From: Nymphaea colorata
Lineage: Eukaryota
Reading direction: 5' to 3'
Assembly (NCBI RefSeq): GCF_008831285.2
Contig: NC_045138.2
Location: 22,382,001-22,446,000, forward strand
DNA: 64,000 nucleotides
This document shows, piece after piece, positions 25,667 to 38,234 of this stretch. The position numbers were made by a program, and so were the translations under genes. The notes below the pieces were generated by a model, which saw only the letters and a program-made list of their open reading frames with translations, was not told the DNA's origin and did not search any database. Positions within the stretch are counted from its first letter, which is position 1. The number at the start of each line of letters is the position of its first letter.

Positions 25667-27509
25667 CAGTGTATTTTACCACTTTTAGTTTTGCAAACTT
25701 CTATATTGATAATCACCCTTTGACAATAAAAGAGGTTGACATCTTTGGAGCTTGAAACAGAGACTACAAATCAATAAGGATGAACGCGAGCAGAGTGGAG
25801 CCCGAGCTGAGTCAACTTGAACTCGACTCGACGCATAAGATGTCTGTTCGAACTCATGATGAGACAGAAAGCTCGAGCTCTGTTCAAACTCATGATGAGA
25901 CACAAAGCTCGAGCTTGAACTCATCCAGGAGTTGAGCTTGAGTTGCTTAGCTCGTTGTTTAGACCTACAAATCAGGCTGACCTACTCACAAGATTGAAAT
26001 GGAGATTAGACACCCACCAGGCCCTGCTCTGTCCAGTTTACCAACTTTTTCGGAGATTTTTAACTGCTTTTGACATAATATGCTTACGTAGACGTGCTCA
26101 ATGTGTGGTGTGCACTTTAATTCAAATTGATCACTTGATATTGACCAAGTTTTTTGGGTCATCAGCAGTTCATTCTTTAATCGATCAGGAAACACACCTG
26201 GTAATGAAAGTTTTTAGTATAACATATTTTTTGTTATAATAATTAATTATAAGGTGATAGTCACCGGTCGGCCGTATCATGGATACGGTTGATTTCCTGG
26301 AGATGAACTTCTGAATTTTTGGATTAACCCATCTGTTTCAAGGTTTTCGAATTTTCAATCCAGAAATGAATGACTGAGGAAGAATTATTTGTGGACTCAA
26401 AGCATTTTTTTTTTTTTGAAAAAACAGAAATAAGTTAGGGTTCATTTATTGGTCTGTAATCTTGCTGAACAAATTTAAAAAGTAATACGCTTGCGATTTC
26501 TGCCTCAAGAATTTGAAATACAATGTAATTAATAAAAGCTACCAACATGTTTGTTAATGTAGTGGACACAAATAATAAAAAGGTGAGGAATAGGTAACAT
26601 CTTGAAAGGACATCCGTTTAAAAAAAACCTAACGACTACAATATTTAAAGGCGATGTCCTTTCTTCTTGCATTATAGGGATTTTCTAAATTCATCTCTCC
26701 TTTCTAAGCAATTATCAAATTTAACCAAGTCTTACTTTGTAAAATTTTCATTGAAAGACCTAAAACCAGCCTCGACCATATCATCATAAATTTTGGGGCC
26801 ATATTTTTCTCAACTTTCAGATATTTCTCAGAAAGTTAGTAAAATTTTGTCATTTCAAATCTTCTCAGCAAATTTTCAAAACAAAAGCAATGGAGAAAAG
26901 ACAAAAAATTATGACATTTGTGAGTTTAATTTCTTGTTTCAAGTGGAGAAAAAGGTTCAAGTAGACATCTTAGGAGACTAGGAGTTGTTCACTACATTAA
27001 TCGGGATAACATAATTCTAGTCTTAGAAAATGAATCTTTTTGGTCTGTTGTGATAAAAGAAAGAGAATGGGATCGAAATGCATCAGTCTTGGGGCTGCAA
27101 ACTGTTCCGCTATACCCAATTTGCCAATTTCATTTCAGACCTGTCTAGCCGGATCTTGTAAAGAGAATTGGACCCAATTAATAAAGAAGATTTCGACAAA
27201 TGGTTTCATAACTATATCTAGAAGGCCCAGTGTTCAGTGGTTAACAATGTGTACACAAATATGGCCTCTAAATTTATATGTACAAAACAATACGTCCAAC
27301 AAGAGCATACATAAATCAATATATTACAAAATCTTGGGAGGAAATTGCTCTATGTGATACGTGCAAGGCATATGAGTATTGACCTTTTGCAAGTTAATTA
27401 AACTGTTACCATTGTCTTCAATTGAAAAATTAGTTCATTCAATTTGTGCATGTTTTAATTGCATACGTGGAGACAGGGCTTAAGATCCATGAATGGATAT
27501 AAGTACAAT

Positions 27510-28510
27510 TCAAAAGATTAGATCTCATTAACTTATAACTTCTGGTCTTAACATAAGGTGTATTTTGATCTCGTTAAGGAGAAGTGGCAGTTGCTCGAAC
27601 ATGGTTGTGCGATGATCCGCTTGCTCAAGAAGATGGATGAAGTGCGTCATGCAGCCTCGATGTGGAGTAAGGAAGGGGCCAACAACTTTGTCACCAAAAG
27701 AAATTGGCTACTGAGTGCCATGGCTTGTTCTCATGAGTGCTGTCCGTTCTCTGCTGCTTGAAGAACAAAATTATTGATGTTAGAAATCTAGAGTCAAATG
27801 ACTTCAGCAAGGGGACCTAAACACCAAATTTTTCATGCAGATGGCCAACAATTGACGCCGTAAGAACCAAATCCTCTCCATTGCTAGTGATGGATTACTT
27901 GTCACTAAGGAGCATGGTATTTTTGACGCCTGCACTACTTTCTTTCAAAACTTACTAGATACTGATCCAGTAGAAGGTAGTCTCCCAGATACGATTGCGG
28001 ATGGGCATGTGGTGTCCATGGAGGAGAACGACTCTCTTCCAGAGCCGGTCATGAGGAGGAGATTCAATGGGCAGTTATGAATGCTGATGGGGAACTGATG
28101 GGTTTCCAAATCGTTTTTTTCAAGTGGTTTTGGCCTGTCATCAAGGAAGATGTCTCTGTCAGGGATTTCATCAGAACGGGCAAGATTGTCGGAAATATTA
28201 ACAGAACGCACATTACTCTCATTTCCAAAGTGCTCGGTGCCAATCAAATTGATAAGTTCAGACCGATCTGACTCTGCAATAGCTTTCCCAACTTCATCAG
28301 TCGCATTATGGTGCTCAGAGTGCGGCCTATCCTCAGTCGGATTATCAGTAGGAACCAGAGTGCTTTTCTCCCTGGTCGTCATATACAGGACATTTTTCCA
28401 CTGGCTCATGAGGTGGTGGTGGGTCTTAGTTCTCCCAAAAGTAAAGCTGCGTGCAAATAATCAACGAAGATGGTGGTGGGTCTCAATACTTGGAAATCTT
28501 AAATATTTAT

Positions 28511-28553
<43 letters not shown>

Positions 28554-29070
28554 TGCTCCACTAAATTTGAGTATTTTTAAACAAGTGCCCCTCCAATCAA
28601 TTTTTCTGGCTTAGCCACTGGAATAAACTAGCTATCCTTGACTGGGTTCAATATGGCATTTCTCCTGTCCATTGGTTTTGGCCAGACAATGTCCATATCA
28701 TTATACATTTGGTCTCGAAGACAGCATAGACTGAGCCCTTTTTCACTGCTCGAGTCAACTGTTTACGGCTAGTCCAGGCTCAAAAGATAGTATTCTTATC
28801 CACTGCAACAACTGGACGTTGAGAAATGGCTTTATGGATGCTGTTAATGGGTGAAGGTCTTTTGGATTCTGCTGCAAAAACTATGGCCAATCAGATATAT
28901 GATCTCTATTGAGAAAGGTCCTCCTGCGCTTGAGGTGAATCGGCTGCTCATAGTTACTTCTGTAAGGGCCATATTTTGTGATTGGAAGCTTTACGACAGG
29001 GTCTAGGACCCGTTCTGTGTTAATACGGTTGGCTAAGAGTCTCTGAGACTCCCATTTTTTGGCTCTTTAA
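27510..29070 (+). mobile_element. Decayed L1-type LINE fragment (ORF2 linker and RT N-terminus); boundaries approximate
   Basis: YFDLVKEKWQ and GFQIVFFKWFWPVIKEDV..GKIVGNINRTHITLISKVLGANQIDKFRPI match plant L1 ORF2 motifs (DGF..FF...W, N.T.I.LIPK, FRPISLCN); frameshifted. Confidence 0.8.
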
Positions 29071-29159
29071 ACATCATTTTTTGTTAATAATATCCGGGGA
29101 ATCCCTGCAGTCTTTCTCCGGAATCTTCTGGCATTTGCTATCCAAAAAAGCAAGCCCAA

Positions 29160-30915
29160 GAATAATGAAGATTGAAAATTTTGGTACCAGCAAGTTTGCA
29201 ATTTTATTCAACAACTTTTCAATGACAATTTGTATAATCATATTGAACATGAAAATCATGCAAAGACATTGTAGTCCATTCATGGAAATTTATATTATCT
29301 GGAGGCCTATTGCAACAAATTGTATTTGTTTAAACAAATAATTATTTAACTTAAGTAGAAAGAAAAAAGTATTATAGTCACCCACTTGAATAAGTTTTAA
29401 AGGCTTAATAATTAATTGTTTAACATGAACAATAAATTTGAGGATGAAGTTGTATGGTTTATTAGCTTACTACTCTATCAAAATTCTTAAGAGATATTTT
29501 GAGTCCCACTCACTAACTATACTCTGAAGGGTGTTGCTTCTATAAAACATGCTAAGGTTCTTATTTTCAATGAAGGGATGAGAAGAAGTCACAAGGCTAC
29601 ACTCCATAGTCAAAGTTATTAAACACAAAAAATAAAGAGGACAAACTCTAAGGTGGCAAGGATAGAGAAAAAAGCCCAAGGAAATCAAGGTAAAAAAAAC
29701 AAGTTAAAAATCTAGGATGTCATCATTGAGAGAAAGGTAGCACATCAAGATATATTGAGTTCACCTGTAATGGGAAAACAAGAATGGTGAAAAAAGAAAA
29801 GAAAATAATAACTATTATAATGTTCTCATGATTAATTGGATTGTGTTGGTTCTTATCTATGAAGATGATGGAGTAAAGTTTGCTATTATGATAATGGTTG
29901 AGTGATATATAGTTGCACTTTGCTATTTACTTCGAACATGAAGTTCTTTAATACTTAATTAGGTTGACACTGAAATATTGGGAGTATGTAACGATGCTCT
30001 GTCCAAAAGATGTTAAGTTTGACAATGTAAATTTGCAAATCAATAATACAATTATGTTGTTGCTTAAAGATGTTCAAGCATGTGTCATATATTCATTTAA
30101 ATAATTTTAATGGAAAAGCTTGATCATAAAATGCTTTGTAGTATCCACAGTTTATGGACAATTAACATTTAGCAGCTTAATTGTTGTAGTGTAATTGCTT
30201 CTACTAGGCATTCTTTGTTCGATTAATAAAAATTAGCCTTTTGGAGTGATGAAAGGAAAAAATGAAAAGATGTTTTTTGGATGTGAGGCAAAGGAGAGTA
30301 GCATTTGAGAGATATTCTTCATTAAAAAGGAAAGGAACGCTCAAATATACACAATTTTTGAAGGAAAGTTGATCTATTGGATCAATACGTTTTGTAACAA
30401 TGGCAGCTTTAATAGAATGAGCTGAACTCTTGTCAAACACAAAACTTTGAAGATCCTTCATAATGAAGCTATTGTCCACAACACACGTTATTAATTTGTT
30501 TTCTTGTGTACCTTTAAATGGCAGTGTTCCTAAAAGTTTGTGGTTAGACCATTTACATATTTTTGGATGTAAAGGCATTCACTTATCTTTATAAAGATGA
30601 AAAGAAAAAATTGGAAATAAAGACATGATCATTTATATTTTTGTGGTATGGTCAAAACAAGTTTTGTACATGTTACATGATCTTACTGTGAAGAAGATTG
30701 TTAGAACTAGAAAAACTGTTTTTGTTAAATACCAACCAGGAGGAAAAGATCAATAAAATGATGAAACAAATTGAAAGCATTACAACTTGGTCTATGTGGA
30801 CACTATTTCCATGTCATTTTTCTTCGATTTAGTTGAAGATAACAAACAAGAGGGTGTTAATGGTCCAAAATAAAATGTTGTAGGTTAGATATGTATGATA
30901 TTGATGATGTTGAGC
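29160..30915 (+). mobile_element. Highly decayed Tork/Tnt1-like copia, left part (gag, protease, partial integrase)
   Basis: Degenerate gag QQVCNFIQQLFNDNLYNHIEHENHAKTL and KFEDEV; integrase remnants at ~30400-30720; ends in an acidic linker (DDVEP). Confidence 0.65.
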
Positions 30916-31054
30916 CGTACTCCAAGTTCGCTAACTGTGCCTAGAACACATACCACCGACGTAGGGTAGGGCATCATGGGAGAGGGCTGGAGCTGCCGCC
31001 GGCTCTACTTATATGAAGAGAGGTGTCACATTCAGGGAGAAGCTTGAAAGTCAT

Positions 31055-34000
31055 TTTCATCATGTGTTCTCAGCTCAGTTCAGACTTTCCCTCCAGAATT
31101 CCTTAAATTGCAGCCACTAGATTAACATCAAATGATTTAGTAGGTGATTTCTATGAAAGTTATTTATCTCAAGTTGATTTGGAATCGTGCCATGCTTATG
31201 GCATTATTAGCCAAAAACAAGGTTGCTTTTATTGATGGTAGCTTGAAACAATTTGATGTTGCATCTTCAGAATTTGCATGGTGGAGAAGGTGCAACCATA
31301 TGGTTTTTTCGTAGATCATAAATTCTGTTTCTAAAAACTTGGCTGACAGCGTGATCTATGCTACCACTGCCGGTGAGGTTTGGGCTGAACTCCATGAACG
31401 ATTTACTCAATCCACTGCACCTTGCAAATATCAGTTGAAGTCTGCTATTAGTTGACTTTCTTAAGAGTTGATGTCCATCGCCTCTTATTACATAAAATTA
31501 AAATCTCCATAGGATGACTTGGGCTCTTACTACACTCTTCTAGAATATTCGTGTGGCTCTATGAAAGTTGTTATAGAAAGAGCGCAGAAGATAAGGTCAT
31601 TCAATTCTTTATGGGATTCAATGACACTTACAACATCATCCGAGGACAGATTCTTCTTCTTGAACATCTTCTATTGATTGAGAAGTTGTGCTCTCTATTA
31701 CTTCAATAAGAAAAGCAAAGAGAAGCATGTGTGTCGACTAGCACCATTGATCATGTGGGGCTTACAACAACTAATTTCGAATCTCATTTTGAAAGAGAGA
31801 AAAACCCAGGCTGCAATTGTTCTGCAACTACTGTCGTGGTCATACGAAAGAAAAATGTTACAAATTAAATGGATACCCACCGAACATGAAAGGAAGTAAA
31901 CAGAGACCATTCAATAGATCTACCACTGTTGCTGCTGTTGAACCTAGGAAGGCATCTCCATTGGCTTCAACGTTTGCACCTGCACCAAAGGATTCCTCTA
32001 AGGATCTAGTTGATGGCTTTACTTAGGATGAGTTGCAACAACTCGAACAACTTTTAAAAGAAAAAGTCAGTCCCTTTTCCAACTTTGCAGGTATGACTAC
32101 TGTTCCTAATGGCACATGATAGATAGTAATGCCACTGACCACTTGTCTTTCTCTCTAGAGTTCATGGTAAATACGTCCGGACTTTCATCTCTATCTAGCA
32201 TAGGTTTAGTTGATGACATAATTGTGTATGCAACACATGTTGGTCAAGTGATTCATGCACATGTCATTCTTGCTCCCTCATTAACTATAGACCATGTTTA
32301 TTATATACCCAACTTTAAGTTTAACCTCCTATCAGTAAGGAAACTGCTCTCCCAAAAATTTTGCAATCTAATTTTCACACCCCATGATTGCTACTTACCG
32401 GACCAAAACTTCAGTATGATGAGTGGACTGGGTGACTTAGCTGATAGGTTCTTCATCTATGAAGATCTCACACCAAGAATAAACTCCATGGCTTCAGCCT
32501 TGGCATCAAACTCAAACGATTTTGACATTTGGCATGCAAGACTCGGACACCCCTCAGTCTCCAAGAATCACTTGTTTTCTCAATACGACTCAGCCATCAA
32601 ATTGTAAAATATCTCTTGTGAAGTTTGCAAAATTTCCTAGCAATCAAGGAAACCATTTGCTCTTAGTGACTCATGTCCTAGTAAACCATTTGATCTCCTC
32701 TATTGGGACCTACGGGGACCTTTTTCTCAAGCTTCATGGTCTGGTGCTCACTATTTCTGATCCTTGGTAGATGATTCAGCAAAGCTATATGGGTATTTTT
32801 AAAGAAACACAAAGATGTAACATAAAGTTTGCTAAAAAGTTTTGTCAACTTGGTAGAAAAACCATACCAAACAGAAGTGTTGAAACTTAGAACGGATGAT
32901 GGAACAAAATTTTTCTCTGATTGTTTGAAAAGTTTTCTCACCAAGAAAGGAATCATGAATCAACGCACTTGTCCCTACACACCACAACAAAACAGTGTTG
33001 TAGAGAGAAAACATCAACATATATTAAATGTTGCTCATTCTCTCATATTTCAAAGTGGACTTTCATTGTATTTTTGGGATGAGTGTGTGCTTACTTCAAC
33101 CCAATCATAAACCTAACTGCATCTAGGTCATTATAAAGTCAAATTCCTTATGAGAAATGGTTTTTGCTTGTGTTATGTAACTAATCTAAAACCCAAAAAT
33201 AAATTCGACAACAGATCTTATCCTTGTGTATTTCTTGGTTACTGTTATACAATCTAGAAACAAAAAAAAATGTTGTTAGTAGAGCATTGTTTTCTGTGAA
33301 ACAAAATTCCCTTCAAATTAAACTCAAATAGAAATTCATACATCAGTTTTACCAATTCTCATTATGGATAGTCAAATTGATGAACACTGTGATTCTAACG
33401 AGGGATGCTCTGACCCACCAGAAAATTCAGAAACACCACCACAGATCACCATTCACTCAGATCATAATGTTCTTCAGCTACCTACACTCAGCTAGAAACT
33501 GAAAATCATCCTACGCAATAACCTCAAAAAGTATCTTAGTGATCCTGCACCCGTTCGAGGACCTCATCTTAGAAGATCATCTAGTAAAACCAGACCATCA
33601 ATTATCTGAAGAGACTATTATTGTGGAGCAGCTCATCAAGCTTAACAACAACTGAATGTAGATGATCAACCAGGTATCCTCTTTCCAACGTATTATCCTT
33701 AAAAAGCTTCTCTTCCTCTCATATGTCATAGTTCTTGAACATTTCTCAAGTAATTAAACCTGCATCTTATGATCAAGCTAGCATGATTCTAGGTGGAAAG
33801 AAGCAATTGTGTGCAGAAATGGAGGCCTTGGAGAATCATACTTGGTCTTTGGTACAACCGCCAATCAATGTCAAGCCCATAGGTTGCAAATGGGTGTACA
33901 AGGTGAAATACAAATCAACTGGTGAAGTTGAAAGGTTCAAGGCAAGATTAGTCGCTGAGAATTTTAATCAAGTGGGAGGCTTAAACTATCATGAAACCTA

Positions 34001-35558
34001 TGCTCCAGCTCCAGCCACCAAAATGGTGGCCCTTTGTTGTGTTTTAGCTATTGCTGCAAAGAAAAGTTTGATTCTACACCAAATGGACGTGTACAATGCA
34101 TTTCTAAATGGTGAGTTAGATAAAGAAATTTTCATGGAACTACCTCCTAGGTATGGTGAAGCAGGAAAAACTTGCATATGTAAACTCAACAAGTCTTTGT
34201 ATGGCCTTAAACAGGCTTCAAGAAACTGGTTTGTGAAATTGACAGCAGCTATGACAGCATACAGATTTGTTCAATCTAGGTCAGACTACTATCTCTTTAC
34301 TTACAAAACAGTTGAGTTTTCCTTCCTGTTTTGATTTATGTTGATGATTTGATAATAGCTGAAGTCAACCTATACAACATTGAAAATTTTAAACAATACT
34401 TGAGTATATCATTTTGGAATGAAGGATTTAGGAAACTTAAAATACTTTCTTGGCTTAGTGTTATCAAGGTCCAAGAAAGGTATATATATATATATATTTC
34501 ACAAAGAAAATACACATGCGACATATTGGATGAAGTGGGATTGCTGGGAGTTAAACCCACTAAAGTCCCATGGAGCATAGATTGAGTCATGGGGAAAATG
34601 ATGGAGAACCCTTAAAAGATCCTCTGTATATCGTTGACTTGTAGGGATGCTCATCTTCTTGACCAAAACCAGGCCTGACATTATAATTGCAGTGCACATT
34701 CTACGTCGACACATGCAGAGACCTACAACTATGCATTACAATGTTGCATTGAAGGTGCTGCGCTACTTGAAGGGTCAACCAGAGGTAGAAGTTTTGTTTC
34801 CAGCAAACAATGACTTCCAAATCTTAGCATTCTGTGACGCAGATTGGGGTGCTTGTAAAGAAACAAGGAAGTCAATTACTGGATACTGCATTTTCTTTGG
34901 AGGTGCTCTCTTTTCATGGAAGACAAAGAAGCAGCCGACCATCTCAAGGTCCAAGGCTGAATATCGTGCCATGGTTGATATGTGTTGTGAAATAAGCTGG
35001 TTGAAACGTCTTTTAACTGACTTTCAGGTGGATCTGCTTCTTCCAGTACCACTAGTTTGTGACAACAAGTCTTCCATTCAAATAGCTAAAAACCCAGTCC
35101 AATATGAACACACCAGACACGTGGAATTGGACTTTCATTTGGTGCGTGACATGGTCAAAGATGAAGTAATTGCGGTTTGTTCCCTCACACAATCAGTCAG
35201 TTAGCAGATCTGCTCAGGAAATCAGTTTCAAAGGAGCAATTTATGTTTTCCAAGTCCAAACTGGACGTTGCAAATTTGCATGCACCAGTTTGAGTGGGGA
35301 ATGTGTCATCATATGCTCTCAGCTCGGTTCAGACTTTCCCTCTTGGGTTCGTTAAATTCCAGCCTCTAAATTGACGCCAAATAATTTGGAGCTGAAGATA
35401 TTTGCTGCATGCGTAGAAGGATCGAGAGGATTTCAGGAATCAAAGGCGGTTAAGGCTCCAGAGGATTTAAGGAATCATCAGAATTTGTTACACATTTCTA
35501 TCGATTCTTTTGTAAAGTGTATAAGTATGGTCTCCCTGAACAATGAAGAGATTCAGCA
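31055..35558 (+). mobile_element. Degenerate Ty1/copia retrotransposon (Ale/RE1-like)
   Basis: 5' LTR remnant 31055-~31140 matches the start of the 3' LTR (35304-~35558). PPT tgagtggggaa. Gag MALLAKNKVAFIDGSL, zinc knuckle CNYCRGHTKEKC, protease IDSNATDH, WHARLGHPS, integrase LRTDDG/TPQQNSVVERKH, RT IGCKWVYKVK/QMDVYNAFL/IYVDD, RNaseH DADWG. Confidence 0.92.
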
Positions 35559-36959
35559 CTTTCATTCTCTGGGCTCTCTAGCTCTCCCCTGTTTTTTTCC
35601 CTTTTCTTGTCTCTCGGAGTCCTCTTTGTTGAAATCCTTATGCAAGGCATCAGGCCTTACAATCGTCGACCGGAAAAATATGTCGGTGTAGGTCACCTGC
35701 CAGAAGATGAATCGCTTCATTCCCCATTTCTATGCTTGGGCACCGTTTTGCAGAAAAAAAAAACCTCGAAAATCCTCTTCATTCCCCTCAACTCACCCTA
35801 AAGCTCCCTTTCTCTTTGAGGTGTCACCCCGGCGCTCCCATGCCGGGAACAGAGTTTCTATGCTTGACTTTCTCGCTCTTGTTTGTCTGCTGTTTATATT
35901 ACCTGATCCTAGCGTGAGGGTCGTTTTCTGGGATGGGTTTAATACAAGCACACCTGATTGCTGTGAATGCCCATGGCTTCCTGTCAGTCAGCTTGTGGAT
36001 ACAACAGTTTAGGCAAGGTGCTCCTCAAGTTGGATTGCCATTCCCTTTCGTGTAGTTGTCGACATTAGCTAAAAGGTCGGTTTTGCTTTCTTCCCCCCGT
36101 CAGGTTTTTTTGGTGTTCCGCATAAGAATACTCTTGTCAAGAAAGGAAGGAGAAGAAGAGATATTTAATGGACGAATACCGGAGGTAAATTATTTGCTGT
36201 GCTCTGTATTTCCTCATATATTTCTTGGTTTTTCTATGTGTTTTGTACATGTGGTCCGGTCCAATGAGAATGAATGTCGTTAATGATGAAGTGTAACTCG
36301 TTGTTCAGCGTTTTAGTTTGATTTTATTACTGTTGCACATATATTGTTTGTTGAAATGCTTGTTCATAGGTTGCTTGAACAATAGCAACTTAGAACAGCA
36401 CTGAGTTGTTTGACCAAATGCCTACTCGTTATGGAGAACGCCATGTCTTTTTCAGCCTTTGCTTGAAGGAAGCTGGACTTTGATATACATGCTTTTTGGA
36501 GATCAGGAGTCTTTCATCACTTAGATAAATCATTTTATTGATTTCATCGCAAGGAAAGAACATCAGGTCTCATAACATTGATCCAACCCAACTTACCTGT
36601 TACAGAAATGAATTATTTGACAAAACCTTCGTTCCAGTTGTTTGTTTGTCTAGGTAAAACAGGAGGGCTGCATATGGCTTTTGTGAAGGACATGTTGAAG
36701 GATTGGAGCAGATGATAAAGGACGTTTTGGAAGGTAAAAGCCAATGATTCTTACCTAGACTAATTTGTTTTAAGCATGCTTTTGGTAATTTGGTACATAA
36801 GCATCAATGCACCCATTGTGTGGTGGGTGGCGTTGAATTACAAGTGTTGCTTGTACTACCTTTACTTTTTGTATTTGAAACTTTGCGAAACTAGTCTTAT
36901 AATTTCTGAATGTGTTTGAATTCTCTTCCTAGTTTTAACTGTTTGGTAGTTCCTTTCAG

Positions 36960-37196
36960 TGCGGCTGTTAGTGTTGCCAAACCACCTAGAGGTTCTACTG
37001 TTGCAGTCTATGGATTGGGTGTTCTAGGGCTAGCAGTAGGCTTCCTACTACTATGTCCGTTTCTGATTTAGTTATATTTGCTCTTTTTTACGACATATCG
37101 TCTTTCTGTAATCTTGTTAAGCTGCTGAAGGTGGGCAGGTTTCTGGCTTTTTGAGGATAATTGGAACTGATATCAATCCAAACGGATTTGAGTGAA
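36960..37196 (+). pseudogene. Alcohol dehydrogenase (plant ADH1-like, MDR family) two-exon fragment with retained intron
   Basis: 36960-37035 encodes AAVSVAKPPRGSTVAVYGLGVLGLA (NAD-binding GxGxxG). GT intron 37036-37120 has a decayed acceptor. 37121-37195 encodes AAEGGQVSGFLRIIGTDINPNGFE*. The intron position matches the conserved plant Adh GLA|AAEG junction. No other ADH exons seen. Confidence 0.8.
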
Positions 37197-37499
37197 GTGG
37201 AAGAAAACCAATGTTTAACATTGCAATTAGGCAAAACGATGTGCTAAGCCTGTGATGCGAGGAGTAGCTAAGCAAGGTGTAGTGAAGCGTAAGCTAACAT
37301 CATGTATACTTATATGAATTTATGATCATCAAATCACACACCATAATCTCATGCTTGAGTTTGAAGTCAAATTCAAGCATGAGTAGTTTAGGCTGTTATC
37401 TAAATTAAACGGTTTATAAGGCAAATTTGAAGAAGATATATGTTCATGAATATCAAGAAACTTGTGCTCGCCTGACCAAAAACATGAATCAAGCTCTAA

Positions 37500-37654
37500 G
37501 AGGCTGTTTGGCGATGGTAACATATTGTTACTGTCCCATGATTCTACCTGAAAAAAATTGAACAAATTCATGGAACACTTAAAGGTGTTTCATGAATCTA
37601 CTTCATTTTTTTGGGGTAGGTTCATAGGAGAGTAACAAGTTGCCAAACAGCTTC
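37500..37654. mobile_element. Tourist-like MITE
   Basis: TIRs gaggctgtttggc / gccaaacagcttc, TAA on the left flank. Confidence 0.6.
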
Positions 37655-38234
37655 ATAGTTACTCTAATTGACTTAGATGAACTGATCTAGAACATGCCTA
37701 CTTGAGTTTCATAGCGGTATTCAACACACAGATAAATTACTAGTGTCAACACTACCTTTTGCTGGTTCGAGAAAAAAGAAAGAATACTCAAAAGCGCCGT
37801 GCAGAATCTGCCAAGTTAGGCATCTTAGAAAAACAAAATTATCTTCAACGGTACCATATTTTCATTTCCACAAACATGGGTAGCACAAATAGCTAGTGAC
37901 AAGAAACATCTGCGACACGAATGACAATTTGAGAGTGAGAGAAAGAGAGAGAGAGAGAGAGAGAATTAAAAACTCAAAAGTGGTTGCTGAAAGCTTAAAA
38001 CGTAAAAATGTAACAAAGTTAAAGCGAAACTTGATGATAAACATATTTTATCATCGCTAATTTCATGTGACCTGAGGCATGTGCCACACGTTACCTCATG
38101 CACCAGCATGAGGCGTACGGTCACCATAGTGAGGTGCAGACCTCAAGTCAGGGTCGCTCCAACCAAACGCCTCTAGCTGGAGCGTAGTGAGGTGGACGCC
38201 CTATGCCTTGAAGCGTGCACCTCTAATAACACTA

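Noticed and set aside
27945..28614. 154-aa ORFs on both strands
   Set aside because: Off-frame or antisense readings of a decayed LINE plus a (TA)n tract
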